From NCBI GenBank assembly GCA_964194565.1, contig CAXMMZ010000099.1, positions 1 through 56,058 on the forward strand: a stretch of 56,058 nucleotides of DNA. The letters are read 5' to 3'. The notes under the pieces are model-generated. The model saw only the letters and a program-made list of their open reading frames with translations. It was not told the origin of the DNA and searched no databases. The position numbers and the translations under genes were made by a program. Each line of letters starts with the position of its first letter. Position 1 is the first letter of the stretch. Positions 26,747 to 36,374 of this stretch are shown here, one piece after another. The stretch comes from Arenicellales bacterium. Its GTDB lineage: Bacteria; Pseudomonadota; Gammaproteobacteria; Arenicellales; JAOTWM01.

Positions 26747-26823
26747 GTGCATAATAACCGAACAAATTTCAATTTCATTAAAGTTTGGCGGGTCGATGCC
26801 CGCCCGCAGAGGACAAGAGAGAA

Positions 26824-27147
26824 ATGGCACGCATTACCGTAGAAGATTGTCTGGATCATGTAGAGAATCGATTTCAGCTTGTATTGGTGGCCACCAAGCG
26901 TGCGCGGCAACTCGCTTTGGGTGCCGACGCCATGGTGTCGGTGGATAACGATAAACACACCGTGGTAGCTTTGCGCGAAATTGCCGAGGGCCTCGTGACC
27001 AGCGACATTTTGACCGAGGTCGAACCGATATTAAGCCCCGATTTCGGCCGACTGGATGCCGAGCCCGCTGATGATAACGGTGACCCAACCCAAGAGGTGG
27101 GCGCGACGAATGCAGATCCCGGGCCTGCGCCGGAATTGGCCGGCTAG
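26824..27147 (+). CDS. rpoZ: DNA-directed RNA polymerase subunit omega
   Basis: [10 protein letters not shown]...[16 protein letters not shown]. Start at the ATG at 26824. Confidence 0.95.
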   Translation: MARITVEDCLDHVENRFQLVLVATKRARQLALGADAMVSVDNDKHTVVALREIAEGLVTSDILTEVEPILSPDFGRLDAEPADDNGDPTQEVGATNADPGPAPELAG

Positions 27148-29296
27148 TACGTGGTATAAACCCAACTCGATTCCGGGCGACGATGTCCCGGTCGAGGAGC
27201 TGTGTAAGGTTGTAGGCGAGTATCTGGATCGTTCCGCGGTCGATGACATATGTCGTGCCTACCGGTTTGGCGCCGATGCTCACCACGGACAGCACCGCCG
27301 TAGCGGTGAACCGTATATTCATCACCCCATTGCAGTCGCTCGCATTCTTGCTGAATTGCGCATGGATAGCCGTAGCATTATGGCGGCAATTCTGCACGAT
27401 GTAATAGAAGATACCCCCACCGTAAAGAATCAGTTGGCATCGGAGTTCGGCGACGATGTTGCGGAACTGGTGGATGGTGTCAGTAAGATCAGCCAGATCG
27501 AATTCGATTCCAAAGAAGAGGCTGAAGCGGAGAACTTCCGAAAGATGTTGTTAGCGATGTCGCAAGACATCCGCGTTATCTTGATCAAGTTGGCGGATCG
27601 CCTGCACAACATGCGCACCCTTGAGGCGTTACACCAGGCCAAGCGGCTGTTGATTGCGCGGCAGACACTGGATATTTATGCGGCCATCGCCAATCGGCTT
27701 GGGCTCTATAGTTGGAGTCGGGAGTTGGAGGACATCAGTTTTATGTACCTCTATCCCAAGCGCTACAAAGCCATTACTAAAGCCATTAAGCGCCGCCAGG
27801 GAAATCGTAAGTCGGTCATGAAAAAACTGCATACTGCAATCGACAGCCGATTGGAGCAAAGCGGACTGCACGCTGTCGTCAGTGGGCGCGAGAAAAACGT
27901 TTATAGCATTTACAAAAAAATGCAGCGCAAGCGCTTGGGGTTTGCCGAAATACAGGATATCTATGCGTTTCGCATCATTGTCGATACGGCAGACGATTGT
28001 TACCGCGCGCTCGGATCCATTCATAATTTGTATAAGCCAATTCCGGGGCGTTTTAAGGATTACATCGCGATTCCAAAAGCCAACGGCTACCAGTCGTTGC
28101 ACACCACCGTATTCGGCGCCTTCGGCGAATCGCTGGAACTGCAGATCCGTACCCGCGACATGCATCGCATTGCCGAGGCCGGGGTGGCTTCGCACTGGCT
28201 GTATAAGACCGACGATGTCAAGATTAACAAACCCCAGGAACTCGCCCGGCAGTGGTTGTTGGATTTGCTGGACACCCAGCAGCAGGCTGGGAATCCAGGC
28301 GAATTTTTAGAACACCTTAAGATCGACTTATTTCCTGACGAAGTCTATGTGTTTACGCCGAAGGGCGACATAAAGAAATTACCGCTCGGTGCGACCGCGT
28401 TGGATTTTGCGTTTGCTGTGCACACCGACGTGGGAAACCGCTGTGTCGGCGCGCGAGTCAATCATCAGCCTGTGCCACTGCATACGGTATTGAGCAACGG
28501 CGACCACGTCGAAGTACTGACCTCACGTTCATCGCGCCCAACACCGTCGTGGCTCAATTACGTCGTCACCGGTAAAGCGCGCGCAACAATCCGTACCGTC
28601 CTAAAAAATCAGCGGCGTAAAGATTCGGTGCGCCTCGGTAAGAAGCTGTTGGACCGCGCCCTCAAGTCACTCAGTTACGGTCCACGAAGAGTCAAATCGG
28701 AGGCCAAGGTCGCGCTACTCGTATCCCTGAATATGGACGACTGGGAAGATCTGCTGGCTGATATCGGTTCGGGAAAACGTTTGGCGATGATCGTCGCTCG
28801 GCAGTTGGTCCCAGCGGAGAATTCGGTCGGAGAAATTCAGGAAGATCAGCAGCAACCGTTAGCGATCCACGGTGCCGAAGGTATGTTGATCACCTATGCG
28901 AAATGTTGCCGGCCGATTCCCGGCGATGCGATTATAGGTTTTTTTACGGCAGGACGAGGCATCGTCGTGCACACTGCGGACTGCCCTAATATCGGTGAAT
29001 ATCGTAAGCACCCCGAAAAATGGATTCATATTCACTGGGCGGAACGTGTCAAAGGGCAGTTCTCGGTAAATCTAAAGATGGATACGCAAAATAAACGTGG
29101 TGTCCTGGCACGGGTTGCTACCATCATCGCGGAACAGGAATCTAATATTAATCATGTGCATGTGGTCGAACGCGATGGCCGTTATTCGACGATCCAATTT
29201 ACAACGGAAGTCGATGATCGCCAGCACTTGGCCAATATCATGCGTAATCTTCGGCAGGAGAAATCGATCTTTCGTTTGGCCAGGGTGAAGGGCTGA
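27110..29296 (+). CDS. spoT: Bifunctional (p)ppGpp synthetase/hydrolase SpoT/RelA family
   Basis: HD domain ([23 protein letters not shown]), synthetase domain (YKSLHT-like YQSLHTTV), TGS and ACT regions. The start is uncertain. The ATG at 27110 overlaps rpoZ by 38 nt. Confidence 0.9.
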   Translation: MQIPGLRRNWPASTWYKPNSIPGDDVPVEELCKVVGEYLDRSAVDDICRAYRFGADAHHGQHRRSGEPYIHHPIAVARILAELRMDSRSIMAAILHDVIEDTPTVKNQLASEFGDDVAELVDGVSKISQIEFDSKEEAEAENFRKMLLAMSQDIRVILIKLADRLHNMRTLEALHQAKRLLIARQTLDIYAAIANRLGLYSWSRELEDISFMYLYPKRYKAITKAIKRRQGNRKSVMKKLHTAIDSRLEQSGLHAVVSGREKNVYSIYKKMQRKRLGFAEIQDIYAFRIIVDTADDCYRALGSIHNLYKPIPGRFKDYIAIPKANGYQSLHTTVFGAFGESLELQIRTRDMHRIAEAGVASHWLYKTDDVKINKPQELARQWLLDLLDTQQQAGNPGEFLEHLKIDLFPDEVYVFTPKGDIKKLPLGATALDFAFAVHTDVGNRCVGARVNHQPVPLHTVLSNGDHVEVLTSRSSRPTPSWLNYVVTGKARATIRTVLKNQRRKDSVRLGKKLLDRALKSLSYGPRRVKSEAKVALLVSLNMDDWEDLLADIGSGKRLAMIVARQLVPAENSVGEIQEDQQQPLAIHGAEGMLITYAKCCRPIPGDAIIGFFTAGRGIVVHTADCPNIGEYRKHPEKWIHIHWAERVKGQFSVNLKMDTQNKRGVLARVATIIAEQESNINHVHVVERDGRYSTIQFTTEVDDRQHLANIMRNLRQEKSIFRLARVKG

Positions 29297-29414
29297 TTGA
29301 AAAGGATTCGCACGCCCGGACGTTCGAGGTTCCGGGTGCGGTAGAATCGCCGCGTCGCTGCGAACTGCAAATATAGTACCGCTAGCCATTAGTAATAACC
29401 GCGAGGGATTTAGT

Positions 29415-29807
29415 ATGTCGCGATTTGAAACAATAAGTACCGATCGTGCACCACAGGCGATAGGGACGTATTCGCAGGCTGTACGCGATGGCGACACGGT
29501 CTATCTCTCCGGCCAGATACCGCTCGACCCGGTCACGATGAAGATCGTTTCCGGGCCTACGGCTGTGCAAATCGATCGAGTTTTTCAAAACCTACAGGCG
29601 GTAGCGGAGGCGGCTGGCGGTAGTTTGGCGCACATCCTCAAATTTACGGTTTACCTGACCGACTTGGCGGATATCCCACTCGTCAACGCGGCCATGGAAC
29701 GTTATCTGGACGCGCCGTTCCCCGCCCGCGCTGCGGTAGGGGTCGCCGCGTTACCGAAGGGTGTGGCGGTGGAAATCGACGCGATCCTGTCGTTGGCCGA
29801 CCGCTAA
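29415..29807 (+). CDS. ridA: RidA family reactive-intermediate deaminase
   Basis: [12 protein letters not shown]...GQIPLDP...[18 protein letters not shown]. Confidence 0.9.
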   Translation: MSRFETISTDRAPQAIGTYSQAVRDGDTVYLSGQIPLDPVTMKIVSGPTAVQIDRVFQNLQAVAEAAGGSLAHILKFTVYLTDLADIPLVNAAMERYLDAPFPARAAVGVAALPKGVAVEIDAILSLADR

Positions 29808-29850
29808 CCCGGGACCACAGCGACGCGAAGCGTGCCGCACCGGCGCAACA

Positions 29851-30086
29851 CTACCCCGGATATTTCACGAAGTGCTCGGGTGTCCAGGGAAATCGGGCTA
29901 AATTATCGGTGCGATCGCTTGGCCGATGCGTAGGGTGGTTAGAGGTGAAGCCGAAAAGCGCCGATCGATTGAATCCGATCAGGTCAAATCGTACTGAGAC
30001 CAAGTTCCTTAAAATAGAACTTAACCCGTTCAAATATTGAGAAGATTCTTGGTCAGTGGTCCACCTTCGCGAAATATCCGGGATAA
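29851..30086. mobile_element. Copy (236 bp) of the MITE-like family immediately upstream of recG
   Basis: cTACCCCGGATATTTCACGAAG ... CCACCTTCGCGAAATATCCGGGATAag, with a shared internal TTCAAATATTGAG block. Confidence 0.75.
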
Positions 30087-30090
30087 GCGC

Positions 30091-32175
30091 GTGTCGAAAG
30101 TAAAAGCGCCGCGTGGCGCAGCGCTTCAGACGCTGTCGGGTGTGGGACCGCAGCTGGCCAAAAAACTCAGCCGGATCGGTGTACATCGGGTCCAGGACTT
30201 ATTGTTTCACCTGCCGCTTCGCTATCAGGATCGCAGCCGTTTGGTGGCATTGGGTAGTGCCCGCACTGGCGCCCACATCATGGTGGTGGGCCAAATCGAT
30301 CTGAGTTCGGTTACCTTTGGCCGTCGCCGTAGTTTGCTGATCCGTATCAGCGACGGTACCGGACCATTGACCGTGCGCTTGTTCCATTTTAGTGCAACGC
30401 AGCGCGCAGCGTTACGCCAAGGCCGGTGGTTGCAGTGTTTTGGCGAAGTTCGTCCGGGTCCGGCGACACTGGAGATGGTGCACCCCGAGTATTCCGTGTT
30501 CGACGACCGGCCGCCGCTGCCTGATGTGGCGACACTGACGCCGATCTACCCGACGACCGAGGGCGTCGGTCAGCGGCTGCTGCGACGGCTTTTGGCCCAA
30601 GCGTTGGCGAGCCCTGATTGTCTGCCGGCCGACTGGTTACCCGATTCGGTGCGCCGCGAGTTGGGTTTTGCCGCACTGCCGGATGCATTGGCCTATGTGC
30701 ATAATCCGCCGGTGGACGCGGATCAGGTGGCGCTTGAGTGCGGCCAGCACCGTACGCAACAACGCTTGGCGTTCGATGAGCTGCTCGCACACCATCTCGC
30801 GCTGCGGCGGCTAAAGCAGCGCCGACTCACGCACAATGCGCCCACAATCGCTACTGACGGCGGGTTGCTCAAGCGCCTTCTCGGGACTTTGGGTTTTACG
30901 CTTACGGCCGCGCAACAGCGGGTAATTGCCGAAGTTGTGGCAGATCTTCAGGTGCCCACGCCGACCTTGCGCTTGATTCAAGGCGATGTGGGCTCGGGCA
31001 AAACCGTGGTGGCGGCGGCTGCCGCAGTATGCGCTGTAGAAGGGGGCTACCAGGTTGCATTGATGGCGCCTACCGAGTTGCTGGCGGAGCAGCATCTGCG
31101 TTCCTTCTACGCCTGGCTCGAACCACTAAACGTCGACGTGGTCGCGTTAACCGGCGCACTGCGTGCCGGTGCACGGCGCGAGGTGCTGGCGCAGATTGCC
31201 AACGGAACGGCTAGCGTAGTTGTAGGCACCCATGCGTTGTTTCAGGTCGGCGTGGAGTTCGAGCGGCTCGGTCTAATTATCGTTGACGAACAACATCGAT
31301 TCGGAGTCGGCCAGCGTCTCGCATTACGCAACAAGGGCCGGGCCGCGACTATGAGTCCACACCAGATTACTATGACTGCCACGCCCATTCCGCGCTCGTT
31401 GGCGATGACTTTCTACGCTGACCTCGATGTATCCAGTATCGATGAGTTACCGCCCGGCCGCCAACCCGTGGAGACGGTGGTGTTACCGGAGACCCGTCGT
31501 GCCGATGTATTGCACCGCGTCAGCGAAGCCTGTCGGGCCGGCCGCCAGGCGTACTGGGTGTGTCCGTTAATCGACGAGTCGGATGTACTCGAAGTGCAAG
31601 CCGCGACCGACACCTCCGCCGCATTAGTCGACGCGTTGCCGAACCTTCATGTGGGACTCGTGCACGGCCGCTTATCGGCGGCGCAGAAAGACGCGATCAT
31701 GCAGCGATTTCGGGACGGCGATATCGACGTATTGGTCGCCACCACCGTGATCGAGGTCGGGGTCGATGTTGCCAATGCGAGCTTGATGATTATCGAAAAC
31801 GCCGAGCGCCTGGGACTCGCGCAGTTGCACCAGTTGCGTGGGCGGGTCGGGCGCGGCAGTACCCAGTCGTGCTGTGTGTTGATGTACCGTGCGCCACTCC
31901 GTGGGCATGCACGCCGCCGGCTTGCGGTGCTGCGCGACACCAACGATGGTTTCGAAATTGCGCGCCACGATTTGGAGCAGCGTGGACCGGGTGAAGTGCT
32001 CGGCACGCGGCAGACTGGTCTACAGCAATTGCGCATCGCCGACCTCGTGCGCGATCGGGCGCTGCTGCCGCAGATCGAAGCCGCAGCGACAGAAATGTTG
32101 GCCCGGCACCCGCACCGCGTGGAGTGGCTCATCGCCCGCTGGATCAGTGACAGTGAAAACTACGGCAATGTTTGA
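30091..32175 (+). CDS. recG: ATP-dependent DNA helicase RecG
   Basis: LSGVGPQLAKKL wedge region, GDVGSGKT, DEQHRFG, and QLHQLRGRVGRG. The GTG start at 30091 is chosen because the longer ORF (from 30037) reads through the repeat element. Confidence 0.9.
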   Translation: MSKVKAPRGAALQTLSGVGPQLAKKLSRIGVHRVQDLLFHLPLRYQDRSRLVALGSARTGAHIMVVGQIDLSSVTFGRRRSLLIRISDGTGPLTVRLFHFSATQRAALRQGRWLQCFGEVRPGPATLEMVHPEYSVFDDRPPLPDVATLTPIYPTTEGVGQRLLRRLLAQALASPDCLPADWLPDSVRRELGFAALPDALAYVHNPPVDADQVALECGQHRTQQRLAFDELLAHHLALRRLKQRRLTHNAPTIATDGGLLKRLLGTLGFTLTAAQQRVIAEVVADLQVPTPTLRLIQGDVGSGKTVVAAAAAVCAVEGGYQVALMAPTELLAEQHLRSFYAWLEPLNVDVVALTGALRAGARREVLAQIANGTASVVVGTHALFQVGVEFERLGLIIVDEQHRFGVGQRLALRNKGRAATMSPHQITMTATPIPRSLAMTFYADLDVSSIDELPPGRQPVETVVLPETRRADVLHRVSEACRAGRQAYWVCPLIDESDVLEVQAATDTSAALVDALPNLHVGLVHGRLSAAQKDAIMQRFRDGDIDVLVATTVIEVGVDVANASLMIIENAERLGLAQLHQLRGRVGRGSTQSCCVLMYRAPLRGHARRRLAVLRDTNDGFEIARHDLEQRGPGEVLGTRQTGLQQLRIADLVRDRALLPQIEAAATEMLARHPHRVEWLIARWISDSENYGNV

Positions 32176-33019
32176 GCGGCTCGGACATTACACCCGCTTG
32201 TTGCGCCTGGACCGGCCAATCGGTGCGTTGCTTTTACTGTGGCCAACTCTGTGGGGGCTGTGGATCGCCGGCGCGGGCCGGCCCGACCCTAAAATCGTGG
32301 TAATTTTTGTGGCCGGGGTATTTTTGATGCGCTCCGCGGGCTGCGTCATCAACGATTACGCCGACCGTAAAATCGACCCCCACGTGGCGCGCACCCGTAA
32401 CCGGCCACTGGCGACCGGTGCGGTCAGCCGGGTCGAAGCGCTGGGTTGGTTCTCGGTGCTAAGCCTAGTGGCATTGGGCCTGGTGTCGTTGCTGAACGGA
32501 TTGACGATCGGGTTAGCCGTAGCCGGCATGCTGATCGCAGCGACATATCCGTTTCTGAAACGCTTCACCCATCTGCCCCAATTGTATCTTGGCCTGGCTT
32601 TTTCGTGGGGGATACCGATGGCATTCGCGGCGCACGGCGGTGCTGTGCCCGGCATGGCCTGGGTATTGATGTTCGCGAATCTGATGTGGGTTGTGGCCTA
32701 CGACACGTTGTACGCGATGGTCGATCGCGACGATGATTTGAAAGCCGGCGTGAAATCGCTGGCAATACTGGTCGGCCGGTTTGATCTTGCGTTGGTGGCC
32801 GGCTGCCAGCTCTGCGCTCTCGGCGTGTTAGCGTGGTTGGGGCGCAGCCTTGGGTTGAATGTTTATTATTTTGTGGGTGTGGCGGCGGCCGCGGGATTTT
32901 CCCTATACCAACTCGGGTTGGCTTGGCGGCGGCGGACGGATAAGTGCTTTGACGCATTTTTAAACAACGCGTGGTGGGGTGCGGTGGTGTTCGCCGGAAT
33001 CGTGTTGGCTTATCTGTAG
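32168..33019 (+). CDS. ubiA: 4-hydroxybenzoate polyprenyltransferase
   Basis: RLDRPIG..LLLWP, NDYADRKID and YAMVDRDDD motifs. The ATG overlaps the recG stop (ATGTTTGA). Confidence 0.9.
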   Translation: MFERLGHYTRLLRLDRPIGALLLLWPTLWGLWIAGAGRPDPKIVVIFVAGVFLMRSAGCVINDYADRKIDPHVARTRNRPLATGAVSRVEALGWFSVLSLVALGLVSLLNGLTIGLAVAGMLIAATYPFLKRFTHLPQLYLGLAFSWGIPMAFAAHGGAVPGMAWVLMFANLMWVVAYDTLYAMVDRDDDLKAGVKSLAILVGRFDLALVAGCQLCALGVLAWLGRSLGLNVYYFVGVAAAAGFSLYQLGLAWRRRTDKCFDAFLNNAWWGAVVFAGIVLAYL

Positions 33020-33124
33020 CCGAGTCCGCCCGTTTCATCAGACGACCATCTACTGCCGGAGCGCTATGCCCTGTTACCGAGCCAATGACTACGGTATCCT
33101 CTGACCACCATCGAGGAGGCTAAT

Positions 33125-33742
33125 ATGCGCAAGATTCTTGTCGTTAATCCAAAGGGAGGCTGCGGAAAAACCACAATTGCTACGAACTTGGCGAGTTACT
33201 ACGCATTGTGGGGAGTCAATACCGCATTGGCGGATTACGACCCGCAGCAGTCCAGCCTGGAGTGGTTGCAGAGTCGTCCGTCGGGCTACGAACCGATACG
33301 CGGCATTCGGGGCCGTGAGCGGGTCTCCTACCCGGCCGGCGTCGAGCGCGTACTCATCGATTCCCCGGCGCGCACTGATAGACGCGCGTTCACCGCGCTC
33401 GCGCGCGAGGCAGATGTGATCCTGGTGCCGATCTTGCCGTCGCCCATCGACATTCGCGCGGCCGCTCACTTCATTGGTGAATTGCTGCTTTCCGGGCGTA
33501 GTCGCAACAAGCGTATTGGCGTATTGGGCAACCGTGTCCGTGAGCAGACACTGATTTACGCGAAACTCGAAAAGTTTCTAAAGTCAATCAAGGTTCCGGT
33601 TGTGACCTACCTGCGGGACTCTCAGAACTACATTCGCGCGGCGGAATACGGCATTGGTATTTTTGAAATGGCGCCGTATTTGGTGGAAACCGATCTCGAA
33701 CAATGGCGACCGCTTATCAACTGGGTTGAGCAAAAAAAGTAA
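33125..33742 (+). CDS. Orphan ParA/MinD-family P-loop ATPase
   Basis: Deviant Walker A NPKGGCGKTT. 205 aa. No parB-like partner in the window. Confidence 0.85.
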   Translation: MRKILVVNPKGGCGKTTIATNLASYYALWGVNTALADYDPQQSSLEWLQSRPSGYEPIRGIRGRERVSYPAGVERVLIDSPARTDRRAFTALAREADVILVPILPSPIDIRAAAHFIGELLLSGRSRNKRIGVLGNRVREQTLIYAKLEKFLKSIKVPVVTYLRDSQNYIRAAEYGIGIFEMAPYLVETDLEQWRPLINWVEQKK

Positions 33743-33795
33743 TGTCTACCCAGTCGTTTCTGAAAAGGGCGTTTTTCAGGGACGACCATCTACCG

Positions 33796-34344
33796 CTACC
33801 ACGTTTCCGTGGTGTAGCGCTCGACAACGATCGATGCCGACCAATAGTCCCGCGCGAGTCCGGCTTTGTGTTTGAGTTCGCGTACGAACTCACGCGGTGA
33901 TGCGAGGTTGTCCCACACCGATGGCAGGAACGTGCCGCGGCGGTGGCCTTCGGTGATCGTCAGCCCGTCTATGCCCGGTCGCAACTGTCTAAGCAGGTCG
34001 TCTTCGTCGCAGCATTGAAGCGGTTGTGGTGCGCCGAGTACCGAGATCGAGACGCTGAAGTCGCTCGATTCTGGTGTCGTCAGCGGCGCGAATCGTGGGT
34101 CGCGAAACGCCGCGTTATAGGCGTTGGTCGACACGTCCACGGCGAGTGGATGATCGGCCGCCAGCGTGCCCACACACCCGCGTAATCGCCCGTCGCGGCG
34201 CAGCGTGACGAATGATGCCCCCGGCACTGACAACGGCGGCTTGAGGGTGTCTGTATCGACTGCTAGTGCGCAGCCGTGTCGCAGTCCATGATGGACCGAC
34301 GCGATGGCGATGCTGCGTAGCACAGTTTGTTGCTCCGTGTTCAC
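33796..34344 (-). CDS. AMMECR1-domain protein (AmmeMemoRadiSam system protein A)
   Basis: GASFVTLRRDGRLRGCVG and DPRF motifs. GTG start overlapping the upstream stop (GTGA). Confidence 0.85.
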   Translation of the reverse strand: MNTEQQTVLRSIAIASVHHGLRHGCALAVDTDTLKPPLSVPGASFVTLRRDGRLRGCVGTLAADHPLAVDVSTNAYNAAFRDPRFAPLTTPESSDFSVSISVLGAPQPLQCCDEDDLLRQLRPGIDGLTITEGHRRGTFLPSVWDNLASPREFVRELKHKAGLARDYWSASIVVERYTTETW

Positions 34345-35144
34345 GTCACGTTTTTCTCGTAAAACAAATACGCGCCATACCCCACGACCCGGTCCATCGG
34401 TCCGGCGCTGTCGCCTGAGTTGCACAGTTTCGCGGTGTGGACGTCCATGCGTCTGTGCTTGGCCACGTCGAGCAGGGCACGAAGTGGCACCTGACCACAG
34501 GCGTGGTTGCTGTTGATTGCTTCGGGCCGCAGTTGTTCAATGGCAGATGTCGTGGATCGATCGATACGCTGCGCGACCGCGTATCGGTGATAATGACTCA
34601 GGTCGGAACTCACGACGATCAGTGTTTCCGCGCCGCCCCAAACCCGCTCCAACACTGCTTGCACTTGTTCACGAGGTGCGTCGCCTACCACCAGCGGTAG
34701 CAATCGAAAATCCTCCAGGGCCGCCTGTAGGAACGGAATCTGAACCTCGAGGCTGTGCTCGTCGCGGTGGGCATCGTCACGCGTCTGTACGAACGGCAGA
34801 TTCGCCAGCAGCTCAGCCACCGCGTCTTGGTCGACCGGCACTCGGCCGAGCGGAGTCTCGAATTCGGCGGCGGCGGGTGCGCCGAGTCCAGCAATATATA
34901 CGCGGTGGGCGGGCCCGAGCAGTACCACCCGGCGAATCGTGTCGCGGTGGTCGCGCAGTGCTGCGTACGCCGCCGCGGCCACCGCACCCGAATACACGTA
35001 ACCCGCATGTGGGACGATAATCGCCTTCGGTGGTGCGAGGGAACCCGCGGCCGCACTTAGCAAGCGGCCGAGTTCATCGCGCAGTACCTGTGGTTCGCTT
35101 GGATAGAACGAACCCGCCACCGCGGCCGATCGAACTGACGTCAT
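34341..35144 (-). CDS. Memo-like protein (AmmeMemoRadiSam system protein B)
   Basis: AVAGSFYP, IVPHAGYVYSG, EHSLEVQIPFL and SSDLSHY motifs. ATG at 35144 preceded by GGAGGG. Confidence 0.85.
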   Translation of the reverse strand: MTSVRSAAVAGSFYPSEPQVLRDELGRLLSAAAGSLAPPKAIIVPHAGYVYSGAVAAAAYAALRDHRDTIRRVVLLGPAHRVYIAGLGAPAAAEFETPLGRVPVDQDAVAELLANLPFVQTRDDAHRDEHSLEVQIPFLQAALEDFRLLPLVVGDAPREQVQAVLERVWGGAETLIVVSSDLSHYHRYAVAQRIDRSTTSAIEQLRPEAINSNHACGQVPLRALLDVAKHRRMDVHTAKLCNSGDSAGPMDRVVGYGAYLFYEKNVT

Positions 35145-35279
35145 AGCCCTCCGTTTGGTGACTCTACGCACGGCCAGAACGAACCGCCGTGTCGTTACCC
35201 GGTAATGGTTAATTTGCGCGCTTCGGCGCCGCGATTCAATACCCCTGTCGCACATTCAGGAGTAACATAGCCACGAGCA

Positions 35280-36368
35280 ATGAAAACCACTGAGCAACAG
35301 GAATATTTTCCGACCCGGTACTGGCAACATCTGACCGACGGTCGGATTCAGTGCGACTTGTGCCCGCGGCAGTGCCGGTTGCGCGAGGGCCAGCGGGGCC
35401 TGTGTTTTGTGCGTATGCGACACGACGACGCGGTGGTGCTGACCACTTACGGCCGTTCCAGCGGGTTCTGTATCGATCCGATCGAGAAGAAACCGCTCAA
35501 CCACTTCTTACCGGGCTCCGCGGTGCTGTCGTTTGGCACGGCTGGTTGCAACCTCGCCTGTAAGTTTTGTCAAAATTGGGATATCAGCAAATCGCGAGAG
35601 ATCGATACTCTGGCCGATTGCGCATCGCCGCAACGCATCGCTCAGGCGGCCCGGGATCGCGGTTGCTCAAGCGTGGCCTTCACCTACAACGATCCGGTGA
35701 TCTTTCACGAATACGCGATCGATATCGCCGCCGCGTGCCGCGAAGTGGGGATAAAATCGGTGGCGGTGACCGCCGGCTATATTTGCGCTGAGCCGCGCGC
35801 CGAATTTTTTAACGTCATGGACGCCGCAAACGTCGACCTGAAAGCGTTTAGCGAACGGTTCTACCGCAAGATCTGTGGCGGCGAACTACAGCCGGTGCTG
35901 GAAACATTGGAGTACCTGCGCCACGAAACCGAAACTTGGTTTGAGCTCACGACGTTGTTGATTCCCGGCGAAAATGATTCGGATCAGGAGCTGGAACATA
36001 TGACGGCATGGGTTGTGGAGCGGCTAGGCCCGGATGTGCCTATGCACTTCACGGCATTTCATCCCGACTGGAAGATGACCACTACACCTCGCACGCCGCC
36101 GCCGACGCTGACCCGGGCGCGGCAAATCGCGCTACGTAACGGGGTACGCTACGCTTATACCGGTAACGTCCACGACGAGCACGGCGGCAGTACGTATTGC
36201 CATCGCTGCCACACGAAACTCATCGGCCGCGATTGGTACGAATTGGGGGCCTGGAATCTCGACTCGGACGGTCAGTGCCGGAACTGTTCAATGCCGTGTC
36301 CGGGTGTATTCGCTTCGACGCCCGGCAATTGGGGCCGGCGCCGCGTGCCTGTCAGGCTGGCGGGCTAA
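35280..36368 (+). CDS. AmmeMemoRadiSam system radical SAM enzyme
   Basis: GCNLACKFCQNW CxxxCxxC. N-terminal Cys cluster CDLCPRQC..C. C-terminal CHRC...CRNC zinc-ribbon-like motif. Divergent from the A/B genes. Confidence 0.85.
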   Translation: MKTTEQQEYFPTRYWQHLTDGRIQCDLCPRQCRLREGQRGLCFVRMRHDDAVVLTTYGRSSGFCIDPIEKKPLNHFLPGSAVLSFGTAGCNLACKFCQNWDISKSREIDTLADCASPQRIAQAARDRGCSSVAFTYNDPVIFHEYAIDIAAACREVGIKSVAVTAGYICAEPRAEFFNVMDAANVDLKAFSERFYRKICGGELQPVLETLEYLRHETETWFELTTLLIPGENDSDQELEHMTAWVVERLGPDVPMHFTAFHPDWKMTTTPRTPPPTLTRARQIALRNGVRYAYTGNVHDEHGGSTYCHRCHTKLIGRDWYELGAWNLDSDGQCRNCSMPCPGVFASTPGNWGRRRVPVRLAG

Positions 36369-36374
36369 CGAAAT

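Noticed and set aside
27056-27109. Longest-ORF start for spoT (ATG at 27056)
   Set aside because: It would overlap rpoZ by 92 nt and add residues with no counterpart in SpoT/RelA N-termini. The ATG at 27110 is used, but the true start remains uncertain because no good SD or ATG lies after the rpoZ stop.
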